From Macrostomum lignano (taxonomy: Eukaryota), in the NCBI GenBank assembly GCA_002269645.1, contig NIVC01002925.1, forward strand, positions 62,001-126,000: a DNA stretch of 64,000 bases. Direction: 5' to 3'. The translations under genes were made by a program, and so were the position numbers. Of the stretch, positions 11,701 to 23,306 are shown in pieces; the stretch's first letter is position 1; every line of letters starts with the position of its first letter. Below the pieces are notes generated by a model. That model searched no databases. It was given only the letters and a program-made list of their open reading frames with translations, and was not told the origin of the DNA.

Positions 11701-14700
11701 ACAAAAATAAAGAAGTGGGTCGCTGACCTTGTCGATTCTCGTGATGGTTGTCAGTGAGCACCTGGAACTCGTTGGGCTTCAGCACCGGCAGGGTGTCCGG
11801 CCGGACCGCAAAGCCGTCCATGGGCAGCACGTCGGACAGCAGGCCCTGCAGCAGACGGCCGCAGCTGGCCCTGGCCGCCAGGGTTGGGTCCGCCATCCAG
11901 CCCACCTGGTGGGCTTTGTTGCCGTCAGACGGGTCCGACAGTGTCAGGCGGGGCTGCTCAGGATCTGAGCAGTTGAATGCTGTGAGCTGCAGGTTGAACT
12001 CGCACTGCTGCTCTGGGTCGGGGCCTCTGCCTGGGATGAACGGAGCTCTGCGAGAGGGTTGGGGATTGTCATGGGTGACCCACCCTTATCAGGGCTAATT
12101 AGCACCTGCACTCACTCACACTGGCCTGGGTGACCCACCCTTATCAGGACTAATTAGCACCTACACTCACTCACACTGGCTAAAAATGATACACCCTTAT
12201 CAGGGCTAATTAGCACCTGCACTCACTCACACTGGCTGAAGGTGATACACCCTTATCAGGGCTAATTAGCACCCACACTCACTCACACTGGCCTGAGTGA
12301 CACACCCTTATCAGGGATAATTAGCACCTGCACTCACTCACACTGGCTGAAGGTGATACACCCTTATCAGGGCTAATTAGCACCCACACTCACTCACACT
12401 GGCCTGAGTAACACACCCTTATCAGGGATAATTAGCACCTGCACTCACTCACACTGGCCTGAGTGACACACCCTTATCAGGGATAATTAGCACCTGCACT
12501 CACTCACACTGGCTGAAGGTGATACACCCTTATCAGGGCTAATTAGCACCTGCACTCACTCACAATGGCATGGGTGACCCACCCTTATCAGGGCTAATTA
12601 GCACCTGCACAGCACGGGTGACATCTAAACCACTCACATTCCTAGCACAGGCCTGTAGAGCTGCAGCAGTTTGGGCAGCAGCAGCCGGCTCTCCAGGGCC
12701 CCGTCAGGCTCCAGCATGGACTGGCTGAAGCTAACAGCCAGCAGCCGGTGCCGCTGCAAGTACCAGGCCATGGCCAGGGCCTCCCACTCGGAGCTGAACG
12801 CCATCACGTTCTGTCGGGTTCGGGCAGGCGAAAACTTTGTCAAATAATTCCGCATAGAAACCCGAAACTGGTTATTTACGCATGAAGTTGCAACGGTAGC
12901 TCACATAGTCCTTGTCCGCATTACTCGTGAACTCGCAGAAAACTGCTCGAGAATCGTTCGCCAGCAGCCGCAGACAATGGAGCTCCGCCTGCTTCGGCCG
13001 CCGCTGCTGTTGCTGCCTCGGCTCAGCGTCCAGGGACGGGATAGTGGGGAAAACCCTGCGGGAAGACAGGAACAATGTTGCATAACATTACTAACTAATG
13101 GGCTGCAGCTGACTAACTAATGGACTTCAGCTGACTAACTATTGGGCTGCAGCTGACTAACTAATGGGTTGCAGCTGACTAACTAATGCACTACAGCTGA
13201 CTAACTAATGGGCTACAGCTGACTAACTAATGGGCTACAGCTGACTAACTAATAAACTACAGCTACAGCTACAGCTGAACTACAGCTGAACTACAGCTGA
13301 CTAACTAATGAACTACAGCTACAGCTACAGCTGAACTACAGCTGAACTACAGCTGACTAACTAATGAACTACAGCTACAGCTACAGCTGAACTACAGCTG
13401 AACTACAGCTGACTAACTAATATATACAGCTAACTAATGGGCTACAGCTGACTAACTAATGAACTACAGCTGACTAACTAATGGGCTGCAGCTGACTAAC
13501 TAATGAACTACAGCTGACTAATGGGCTACAGCTGACTAATGGGCTACAGCTGACTAACTAATGAACTACAGCTGACTAATGGGCTACAGCTGACTAACTA
13601 ATGAACTACAGCTGACTAATGGGCTACAGCTGACTAACTAATGAACTACAGCTGACTAATGGGCTACAGCTGACTAACTAATGAACTACAGCTGACTAAT
13701 GGGCTACAGCTGACTAACTAATGCACTACAGCTGACTAATGGGCTGCAGCTGCACGCACCCAATGGCTGTGTGCGGCGGCTCCCAGGAGAGCCGGGCCAG
13801 CCGGGCAAAGCCGTCCTGACACATGAGCTGCTTCCAGTGCACAGTCTGCGACAGGCAGCTGTTCAAGCAGCCGCTGAACTCATCCAAAGGCAGGCGGCAC
13901 AGCGCTTTGTCCAGCTTCAGGCGGAGCGGCTCGTTCGCTAGCACAATTTCTAGGAAAGTCTGGAGGAAGCTGGCGCCAACGCATCTACGCGAAGTCGAGT
14001 CGCCGCTGCCTTCGGAGCGGTGCGACGCAGTCAGCTGCAACAGCTGACGCTGGCGCTCCTGGTACCACGGCTTGAACTCGCTCCAGCGGCGCTTGCTGAC
14101 GGCGCGATAGTCAACGGAGACGTCGGGCGAAAGGCGCCGCTTGCGGCCAGCCAGGTAGCGCCGGTGCAACAGCGTGTGGAGGCGCTTCACCCCGGCTGGG
14201 ATGTCGCCGCTGCTGCGCGTGGAGGCCGCCAGGCTCAGGCAGCTAGCGGCGCCGTCGGCAGCCGGCGTGAGGCCGGCCAGCCTGGGGATGGCAGTTTGTG
14301 GGATAAGCATTGGCTTTCTCTGAGTGGGGGATTGGGATTCTTTAGCTAAGACAGGGATAAATATTCTGAGGATGGGAATTGGGATCAATATTTTGAGGAT
14401 GGGGATTGGGATAAATATCCTGAGGATGGGGATTGGGATAAATAGTCTGAGCATGGGGATTGGGATCAATATCCTGAGGATGGGGATTTGGATAAATATC
14501 CTGAGGATGGGGATTTGGATAAATATCATGAGGATGGGGATTTGGATCAATATCATGAGGATGGGGATTGGGATAAATATCCTGAGGATGGGGATTGGGA
14601 TAAATATTCTGAGGATGGGAATTGGGATCAATATCCTGAGGATGGGGATTGGGATAAATAGTCTGAGCATGGGGATTGGGATCAATATCCTGAGGATGGG

Positions 14701-17700
14701 GATTGGGATAAATAGTCTGAGCATGGGGATTGGGATCAATATCCTGAGGATGGGGATTTGGATAAATATCCTGAGGATGGGGATTGGGATAAATATCCTG
14801 AGGATGGGGATTTGGATAAATATCCTGAGGATGGGGATTTGGATAAATATCCTGAGGATGGGGATTTGGATAAATATCCTGAGGATGGGGATTTGGATAA
14901 ATATCCTGAGGATGGGGATTTGGATAAATATCCTGAGGATGGGGATTTGGATAAATATCCTGAGGATGGGGATTTGGATAAATATCCTGAGGATGGGGAT
15001 TTGGATAAATATCCTGAGGATGGGGATTTGGATAAATATCCTGAGGATGGGGATTTGGATAAATATCCTGAGGATGGGGATTTGGATAAATATCCTGAGG
15101 ATGGGGATTTGGATAAATATCCTGAGGATGGGGATTTGGATAAATATCCTGAGGATGGGGATTTGGATAAATATCCTGAGGATGGGGATTTGGATAAATA
15201 TCCTGAGGATGGGGATTTGGATAAATATCCTGAGGATGGGGATTTGGATAAATATCCTGAGGATGGGGATTTGGATAAATATCCTAAGGATGGGGATTTG
15301 GATAAATATCCTGAGGATGGGGATTTGGATAAATATCCTGAGGATGGGGATTTGGATAAATATCCTGAGGATGGGGATTTGGATAAATATTCTGAGGATG
15401 GGGATTTGGATAAATATTCTGCGGATGGGGATTTGGATACATACGAGTATCATGAGGATGGGGATATTTATAAATATCCTGAGGATGGGGATTGGGATAA
15501 ATATTGTAAGGGTCATCATTAAGATTAACATCGCTGAAGGCCGCAGGGTCTCGCCTAAGGTTGGCACTCACTCATGCTCATCCAGCAGCAGCAGGCCGTA
15601 GATGAAGAACCAGAACGGCCTGGACGGGTAAGTCTCGTCAAAGTCGAAGCCGTACTTCTCATCGAGAAGCATCACCATAACCTGCTGGGCTACGTACATC
15701 AATAGCGATGGGTTCTTGCTCAGCACCTGCTGAATGAGAGACTTCCACCGATTGGGGAAGTCGCAGAACTTGCCGAGGTGGGCGCTGAAGCAGAGCCACC
15801 AATCGCAAGGCGACGGTTTGTCGCTGACTGAGTGGCGAGGTCGCTTCGGCAGCAGATCGAAAAACACCGAATAGAGGGGGTCAATGCCCACCTCGCTGAG
15901 AGCGCGACCAATGTTTGCATCGTGGCGTTGCGACTCAGGAATTTCGAATTGCTTGCCGCTGGACCGGTCGCCGAAATTGCTGACCGAAAAATACGAAGCG
16001 TAGCTGAATACCTTCTGAAAATTTAAGATTTACAAAGCATTTTTTCGATACATATCGGAAAACTGATTCGGCTGCTGTAAGTAGTTTTGCGTTAAAATAC
16101 TAGGCTATTTTTCTATTAGTTATTACTAATAGATAGATCAAGCCCAATATATGCTAGTTCTAGTTAGTAGAAGCATTAGATTCTAGAAAAAAACAATTTA
16201 ATGGGACTAATGTTGCATATGGCAATACCAGAGCCTTAAATAAAAAAGCCTAATTCTCAAATACTCCAAAAAATCTAAATATAATAGATCTCTAATATTT
16301 GTTTGTATGCTTGTTTATGCTAAAATTTAAATCTATAAATTTATTAACGAATCCAAAAAAATACTTTTTGGAAAAAAACGTTTGACTTTATATTTTAAAA
16401 AGTTGCATCGGCCGGGAATCGAACCCGGGCCGCCCGCGTGGCAGGCGAGCATTCTACCACTGAACCACCGATGCTTGACATTGTATCGAATTTTTTTGCA
16501 ATTTATAGCAAAACCTCAGCGCAAAGGGAGTAATTGAAACTTGAAGGAAGAGCAGAGCGCCTTTGCATCCTACCTTACAAAAAAGGGTCTGTCAACTTAA
16601 GCTCATAAAGTGGAGCTCGAGTGACCTATGTACACAAATGATGCATCATTCAATTCTGCCCACAGTGACACTAGGAACCTGGCTGCTGGGTTTGGCAAAA
16701 TGACAAATATTGAACTTGGCTTGGGAGGCTACTAGTCACTTTGGCAACAAGACACTTGGGCGATAGACACTTCTATCAATGATTAGTGACTATTATATCA
16801 ACTTAATCTCATAAAATATAGCAACCAATGCGCTAAAGTTAGATATGCTAATAAATTTGAAATTATTGATTGTAATTGCCAGAGTATTAATCAGAGTTAT
16901 TCAAAGTATAAAGTTGTCTCTCTTGAGGCATTGTACATTAAATAGATAAAGCCCACCACAAATATTCAACTTGGTGGTAAAAGGGCTAATGTCTATCTAA
17001 GGGTGTTCTGACCCCATGCACTTGCCTCTTATTTAGGGCTATCTAACTCTGCTACCCTTACTTGCATCATTTTGGCTTACTAGACTTTAAATAGTACTTT
17101 TATGCTACTTACTTAAATATGCCACAAGATAATATTGTTTTTCATTTACAAAAGGATCTTTCTCTTTATAACAATCAAAAATGGAAGCAAAAATATGTTT
17201 AGTGCACATTTTGCTTTAAAATTTTGACCTAAAAGCTTAAAAATTTGTATTTTTCTGATCCCAGGATTGGCTAAATATTGGGATTAAATCCTGGGATCCC
17301 AGGATCACAAAAAACCAGGATTTTGCAATCTCTAACCTTACCTCAACTAAACTATATTTATAGGCAATCTTCAAGTTTTGTTCGTTAAATTATTTTTTCA
17401 ATGATTCCTGAACTATCTTGCTCTGAGATGATTATTTTTGAGCTCTCCAGTGTACCCAGCCCTTTCCTAGTTGAGAAAGTAGCAGCTTAGTAGCATTTAT
17501 AATACTAATAGGCCTATAGTTAAATATTCCTAACATGCAGTAAAACATAAAAACAATACTAAAATCAATGCGTTTGTGTAAGAATCAAAATTATAACATT
17601 GATTTATTTTTGGTTTTCTAATCTAACGCAATATATATAGTAGGTATCACTATCATGACACGTATCAGATTATCCTAATATAATATCCAGACATTAATGC

Positions 17701-18045
17701 AAATGGATCTAGATGTATTAAAACCTGAAAGTAAAAAGTATTACACTGTCATTAAGCGTATCAAAGCCTTGCTGTAAAAAGTCCAGCCGTTGAACTAATG
17801 TTCAAAACGACAACTTGAAACAAAATTTGTGTAACTATACTTGGAACCATGCTTGGGCGCAACCTAGGGATTCACCCGGCCGTTTCTATTGGCAACACAC
17901 ACATGTAAGTCGCTATTGGACGGAATAGTAGTCACGTGACTGCTCTCAGCCAATAGCGACTTACATGTGTGTGTTGCCAATAGAAACGGCCGGGTGATTC
18001 CCAAGGTTGCGCATGCATGCTTGGAACACTTACTGCTATAGTCAT
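5797..18045 (-). CDS. JAK: Janus kinase (JAK)-like non-receptor tyrosine kinase, 12 exons, about 1119 aa
   Basis: Exons in transcript order: 18045-18034 (MTIA, least certain), 16014-15572, 14281-13760, 13055-12905, 12810-12638, 12047-11728, 11633-11563, 10593-10300, 9851-9527, 8732-8400, 7624-7470, 6357-5797. All junctions are GT-AG and phase-compatible; total 3360 nt. FERM-like motifs GIDPLYSVFFDL, FPNRW, SLLMYVAQQ and FSSEWEAL. Pseudokinase motifs LVLKR, LSALLYL, HHNNIKLSNILI and VRLCDL. Kinase motifs LGSGCFGSV, VAVKTL, QIASGMRFL, HCDLAARN, KIGDFGLS, EYLYY, DSWSFG and RCW. Confidence 0.8.
6418..7240. repeat. About 21-bp minisatellite (ctaatctatccgtgttaatcc) in the last JAK intron
   Basis: Direct tandem units; source of spurious ORFs 6412-6819 and 6440-6844. 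Confidence 0.95.
7648..7819. mobile_element. 172-bp hairpin MITE, copy 1 (hAT-like)
   Basis: Near-identical reverse complement of 17848-18019; about 63-bp inverted arms around a spacer with the palindrome agtcacgtgact. The TSD is not cleanly preserved here. Confidence 0.85.
7820..8399. repeat. (ACTC)n-based compound micro/minisatellite; reads GTGAGT-rich on the JAK sense strand
   Basis: cactcactcacccacacaccaact-type units run up to the exon donor at 8399. Confidence 0.95.
8800..9510. repeat. 20-bp minisatellite (catgctcactgcctacccaa)
   Basis: Direct tandem units filling JAK intron 8733-9526. Confidence 0.95.
9880..10273. repeat. 30-bp minisatellite (ctcctgtacaccccaatgagcaccaatgca)
   Basis: Direct tandem units filling JAK intron 9852-10299. 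Confidence 0.95.
10635..11480. repeat. 21-bp minisatellite (catgatcccatctcccctgct)
   Basis: Highly homogeneous tandem units in JAK intron 10594-11562. Confidence 0.95.
12070..12610. repeat. About 56-bp minisatellite (cacccttatcagggctaattagcacctgcactcactcacactggc...)
   Basis: About ten tandem units in JAK intron 12048-12637. Confidence 0.95.
13090..13752. repeat. Compound ctgactaactaatgggctacag / gctaca minisatellite
   Basis: Tandem units of about 18-22 bp filling JAK intron 13056-13759. Confidence 0.9.
14350..15505. repeat. 27-bp minisatellite (ggataaatatcctgaggatggggattt)
   Basis: Tandem units with a homogeneous core in JAK intron 14282-15571; explains the 9-aa periodic ORFs. Confidence 0.95.
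16404..16474 (-). tRNA. trnG-GCC: tRNA-Gly (GCC)
   Basis: Reverse complement GCATCGGTGGTTCAGTGGTAGAATGCTCGCCTGCCACGCGGGCGGCCCGGGTTCGATTCCCGGCCGATGCA: cloverleaf, A and B boxes, GCC anticodon, downstream T tract. Confidence 0.97.
17848..18019. mobile_element. 172-bp hairpin MITE, copy 2 (hAT-like, 8-bp TSD)
   Basis: CATGC...GCATG ends, exact 8-bp TSD cttggaac (17840-17847 and 18020-18027), about 63-bp arms with 2 mismatches. Confidence 0.9.
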
Positions 18046-18422
18046 ATCGCACGGGCCACGTGCGAGGAAGGTGAAAACGAAAAACGAAAATAGTTCAAGC
18101 TTACATTTCTAGTAAATTCAAAATAAAGTTATTGAAAGTGAAATTGTTTTTTTAATTAAGTAGTAAAAACAAGATTATACTTTCTTATAAATAGGTAAAA
18201 ACACTTTTGTATTTGTTTTAGTATGTTTTTGTTTCTAACCCGGCCGTTCATATTATTTAAATGACCGCAAAGGCTCTTGAACTTGCACCAGCCACGAGCA
18301 AAGTAAAAGCGTCTTCTGGTAACACATTTAAAGCCTTATCTTGTTCTTTTCGTGCCTCGTAGCACTTCGTGCCGGGGTTAAAATTACTTTACTTTTTCTT
18401 TGTCTGCAATTGCAAAAGCAAG
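18046..18422. promoter_or_regulatory. Putative bidirectional promoter between JAK-like and CDV3
   Basis: The divergent ATGs at 18045 (minus, inferred exon 1) and 18423 (plus) are 377 bp apart. Based on gene geometry only. Confidence 0.45.
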
Positions 18423-21400
18423 ATGGGTGATCTCGATGACTTTTTTGCAAAGAAGGACAAGAAAAAGGGGAAAACTAAGATTGTTGCTGCCAATCTCCTG
18501 GATGAAATGAAAAAAGAGAATGAGGCTAAAAAGGAAAAACAGAAGAAGAAACAACTGCTTGAAAGTAATGAACAGGCACCGCATGTTCTAAAGAAGACTA
18601 AGGTATGTGACTATTGAGATAAGATTTATTTGAGAGTAGACTAATTAACAAGGCCTCGATAAATAATTTGTCCTTTAGCTTGGTTAATGTTTCATTTTTT
18701 ATTCATTACTCGCTGTTATTAAACTTATAATGCAATTTATATATAGATATTGACAAATAAGATATTGTTTATCTAAGCCTAAAAACTGCCATTATAATCT
18801 ATTATAATTTGTAGGCCTATATAATTATAAGTATTTTATCTAATGAATGGCAATTAGGAAATACAAAATCTTGGGATTCCTGGGATTGGGATATCTTGGA
18901 CTTTGCTAATCCTAGGATCCCAACAAATTGGGCTAGGATCCCAAGATTCAAGCATTTAAAAAGTTTCTAATCTTTGTTAATGCAATTTGGCTTTATGTAG
19001 CCATCTAACCTGATTTTAAAGGGCTTTCAATAATAAAGAATAGAACAAAATATTTTACAAACAAGAAACTAACAATGAGCCCTGAATTGGAATATAATAT
19101 ATAAGCTGATATATTAAATATGCTTATTTATATGCTAGTATTAGCTTAGGAAAATCACACTTAATTGTGATATAACCTAGGGAATGATAGCTTATAGAGC
19201 TATAGCCAAGGCCAGAGGTACTAATATCAAGATAGAAGGGGAATCTAGGCAGGGGATTAGACCTTACTTTCTTAAAGGCCCTACCCTAGATAAAGAACTA
19301 GTAGCTTAGGTTGTAGTTTAATAGCAAAGTGCCAATGTTCTAATCCCTACTATGGCCAAGGAATTTTAAAGGTAGACTGCTTAGGCAATAGTACAGTTTC
19401 GTTCACAAAATTATTTTTCATTTAAATTTGAAAGTTCAAAACCAGAAAACAAAAACAACAATGTTTTAAACCATTCTAGCGACTATGCCAAAGCTCACTG
19501 GTCATGGAACTTTAAAGCAAATGGGCACTCTATTAATATACTTTTTTGATTAAATCTGTTCCACGTTCGAATGCTACTTGAAATGCAAGTTGTCTATGGA
19601 AAAAATATTTTAAAAAAACGCCATGACTAGGGACACGGAGAACATGATTTGATACATGTACGTAGGTAGCTCGAATGTCACCAGTAGTGTTCGTAAAGAC
19701 AGTTAAATATTGTGTCGATCAATCTTTTCCAATATACTAAAACTCATAAGTATATAACTGTGTCGTGGATCCAAGTTTGTCTTTTGGTCAAATAGGCTGT
19801 TTTTTCACTTCTCCGATTTTCACCCAAATCTAACAACCGCCGTGCCCCCAGGCATGTGAGTGGTAGATTACTAGGAACACGGCTGCTGTGTCCCCATATA
19901 CAGAGCTAGGGACACGGTGGCCGTGCCGCGAGTCCACACAGCTAAAGACACAGCTGCCATGGCTCTAGGCACAGAGTAGTGTGGTAGCTATGGACACGGC
20001 GGCCGTGTCCTTAGACATAGAGTTAGAGGCTCGAAAAATCAAAAGGGGCTCAAGTGGGGGGGGCTTGAACTGTTTCCCTTTACCTGAGAAGCTGCTAATA
20101 TCTGCTTTTTCTTTTGGACAACATATTGTATCATGGCTAGACGACCACCAAGACCCTCGTGGATAATTCCGCTGAATGAAGTGCTGCTAGCAAATGCTCT
20201 ACCGCAACTAGAGCTAAATGCGTGCGACCTGATGGCTGCCACGGTCTCTGCCACAATCATTAGAATGGTTTAAAACATTATTTTTTATTGTTGTTATTGT
20301 TTTCTGGTTTCAAACTTTCAAATTTAAACAAAAAATAATTTTGCAAACGAAACTGCACTATTGCCACTGCTTAAAGTACATATAGTTTGCTACCAACCCT
20401 ATGTTAGGCATCTAAAAGGTGTCTTGATAGTGCTAAGAATAAAGTCTTTTGTATTAAAAGAGGGCTTTTGATCTGCGCAAAGTTGAGACCCCCTGATTTT
20501 AACCTAGGTTTGAGATAAAAAGGTAGTTCAAATGAAAAAATGATTTGACTCCTATCCTGGGTTTTTTAGGCCATACGGGGTTTTTGGCCCCTTGAAAATC
20601 TTATTGGCAACTGGATTTTTGGCATCAGAGGCCAATCAAATGATGCCACTTCATTTTTCCTATGCCAGTTGCCAATTTAAAAAAAAGTTGTAAATATAAT
20701 ATTTATATATTCATATAAGATTTTGTAAATATAATAAAATGCCATATAAATTGATATGATAGAATTGTTAGTTGATATGATAAAAAAAAGCAGGACAACT
20801 GGGTTATGATTTTCACCTGACAGTAGCTCAGTTGCAGATATTACTACTTAGAATAAATGGTTGAATTATTTTAGATTAACCTGTTTTCAGATTTAGTAAC
20901 TTTGTAGTATTGAGTACCATTGACACATAATATCCTAAATATTATTTATCTTAGTGCCCTGATGCTTTAAATTTGTCATCAGTGTCTATTTTTAATATCT
21001 TATACTTTTACCTTTTATATTCAATATAAATTTTCTATGTATTAAATCTTTTTGATTTACCAAAATCCCATCTTTTTCGGTCTAGCCATAGAAACTAAAA
21101 TTCTCATTATAGTCCAGTTCTCATTAGGCTACTGTTAGTAGACTGTGCCCACTGTCTCCCCATCCAACCCAGGAGGATGACGACTGGGAGGACTTCGACG
21201 ACCCATCAGGCCTCAACCTCGAAGGCCTCCGCGTGGTGAACCTGGCCGAGCGCCAAGCCCAGGAGGCCAGCAGCGAGGGCGGCTCTGGCCAGGATGGCGG
21301 CGAGGCCGGCTCCGTTGACGAAGGTCCCTGGCGTCGCAAAGCTGCTGAATCAGCCGCTGCGGCCGCCGCTGCCGCTGCACCCGCAGAATCTGCTGCTGCG

Positions 21401-21901
21401 GCTGGCGGCGAGGCCGGCGGCGGCGAAGCTCCGGCAGCGTCAGCTGCTGCTGGCGGCGGCGCCAGCGCTGATTCGCAGGCGGCCTCGGCTGGCGGCGGCA
21501 GCGGCGAGGCTCCGTCGGCGCCGCGGGCCACCCAGTACGTGCCGCCGCACCGGCGCACGGCAGCAGCGGCCGTCAGCGGGCGCCCGGCTGCCGACCTGTT
21601 CGCTGCCAGGCCGCTGCCGCGCGGCTCCGGCCGACGCGACAAGAACGCGCCGAACATCAACGACGTGGAGGAGTTCCCCACACTGGCGCCGGGCGTCAGC
21701 GGCGGAGCTGAGAGCAGCGAAACGTCGGCGACTGCCGGCCGGCCGGGTGTGGAGGACAGCCGGCCATTTGAGAGCGTGCGAGACCCGGGCGGCCGCCGGA
21801 GCCACCCGGCGCACTCGCAGGCGTTCGGCGGCTCGGCCAAGCCCGAGGCCGTCCAGGTGAGCAACCGGTGGAACGCGCTGAGCGAAGACGGGGCCAGCTG
21901 A
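18423..21901 (+). CDS. CDV3: CDV3 homolog, 2 exons, 302 aa
   Basis: Exon 1 18423-18602 (MGDLDDFFAKKDKKK, donor AAG|gtatgt); exon 2 21173-21901 (cag|EDDDWEDFDDPSGLNLEGLRVVNL, YVPPHRR, APNINDVEEFPTL, VSNRWNAL). These match CDV3 family motifs and the join is phase 0. Confidence 0.92.
19384..20365. mobile_element. 982-bp non-autonomous TIR element with 8-bp TSD (Merlin- or Mutator-like) in the CDV3 intron
   Basis: Ends GGCAATAG...CTATTGCC, imperfect inverted repeats of about 95-105 bp, exact TSD actgctta (19376-19383 and 20366-20373), internal ggacacgg/gtgtcc motifs. No ORF recognised. Confidence 0.8.
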
Positions 21902-23306
21902 CGCGGCCTTTCCGGACCAGCCTGCTTGGCGCCGTTTGTTTGGCCTCGACTGACGCCTCGTCTCGTGAATGGCCCCATCACGCCTGAGCTGCTCCTCTGT
22001 CCCCCTCTCTCTCTCTTAACATTATTTCTCGTCAATCTCTTCGTCAGCATCCGTAGTTCATTAAAAAACATTTCTTAAGAATGAATCGCGCCCAGAGCAT
22101 GCTAACTTCTAACTCACTCATTCGTGCCGAGTACCGCTCGTCAGCAGCCAGTTTGGTGATCTGGACTGATCCCGTGTGTCCTTCCTAATGCCCTAAAATC
22201 TCTCCCCCATTGCAGTGGGTGCGGCCGCTGTGCTTTGTGTCCTCGTGCTTAAAACATGAATCAGAGTGTTGGTGTAGCTTTCGTTGACTGTTTTCCGGAG
22301 TAATTGGCAATTTACTAAATAAAACGAGAAAAAAATCTTTAACAAGTTAATAGAGCCAAATATTTTTGCCTTGCTGTTGTTTCTTTTTCTAACATTTTTA
22401 TTACTGTAAGTAGCGCTTGCGGCGTTCTGATTTCGCTTTCAATCTGACCTCGGTTTTACTGATAAATCAGCTAAAAAAATCCATCTTAGCAAATTGCTCA
22501 GTCCTTGGCTTCTCACTTATTGCTTTTGAAGCCGGCGGGCCTGTTCCGCTTGTTACCCTGTCTGTCCCTCATTTCTGTACAGGATTCAATTTGGCAATCG
22601 CAGCCCCATCTCCAGTTTGTCTGCAGCATCTGGTTCAAGTTTATTGCATGCGATTTAGGTTACATTTGATTCGGCTTTGAACCTAGGTTAGTGCTAGTGC
22701 AGGGGGACTTTATTGGAATTTATGTATGCCTTGTTGGTTGGGCAGAGTTGGGGGTTAAGCGGAGCTGGTCATGGTTAGTGCGCAGCTGAATAGGCTGTCT
22801 GCCCCTGTGACACTCCCCCCACTAAGGCACCCACCGTGAGCTGAGCTTGAGTCGATGTGACTCTGATGAGACATTTTGAGCGTATTAGTCTCACCAACAG
22901 ACTAAAAACTTGGTGCTCCTCCAGAATCACTTTTTGGCAATGAATGGAGTCAATATAAACGCCCTTATCAAGAGATATTGCTTAGTTGCTGTAAGAAGTT
23001 GCACCTCAGCGAAATGCGACGGAAAGCCTTGGTTGGTTCCTTCAGTCCCATCCAATCAGAAACCGTTTAACGATAGTTTCTTTCTGCCAAGTTGCATGTC
23101 TTATGCATGCTACATAAGCTGGATCTTTCATTCTATATTACTCTTGCGTTATCCTGCGATTACTAAAGGTCGTTTTTAAAGGGCCGGAATTGTTGCGAGC
23201 CTCTGTTTAGCTACTGGTAAGACAGCCGCCTTTTCTACATATGTACGTGTAATTGATCATTGTCGCTTATTAGAAGTGCCTTCAAATTGTAGGGAAATTT
23301 CTGGAA

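Noticed and set aside
13726-15567. 613-aa ORF as a single protein
   Set aside because: Only 14281-13760 is a JAK exon. The rest is the 27-bp intronic array, and retaining the intron would hit TGA immediately after the upstream exon.
21124-22071. 315-aa minus-strand ORF, plus other antisense ORFs over the CUB exons and gypsy pol
   Set aside because: These are shadow frames of GC-rich coding sequence whose true strand has recognisable motifs.
22855-22900. Hammerhead ribozyme or C/D snoRNA core (ctgatgag), also near 4705 and 30510
   Set aside because: No GAAA plus stem III or cleavage triplet, and no convincing D box or terminal stem.
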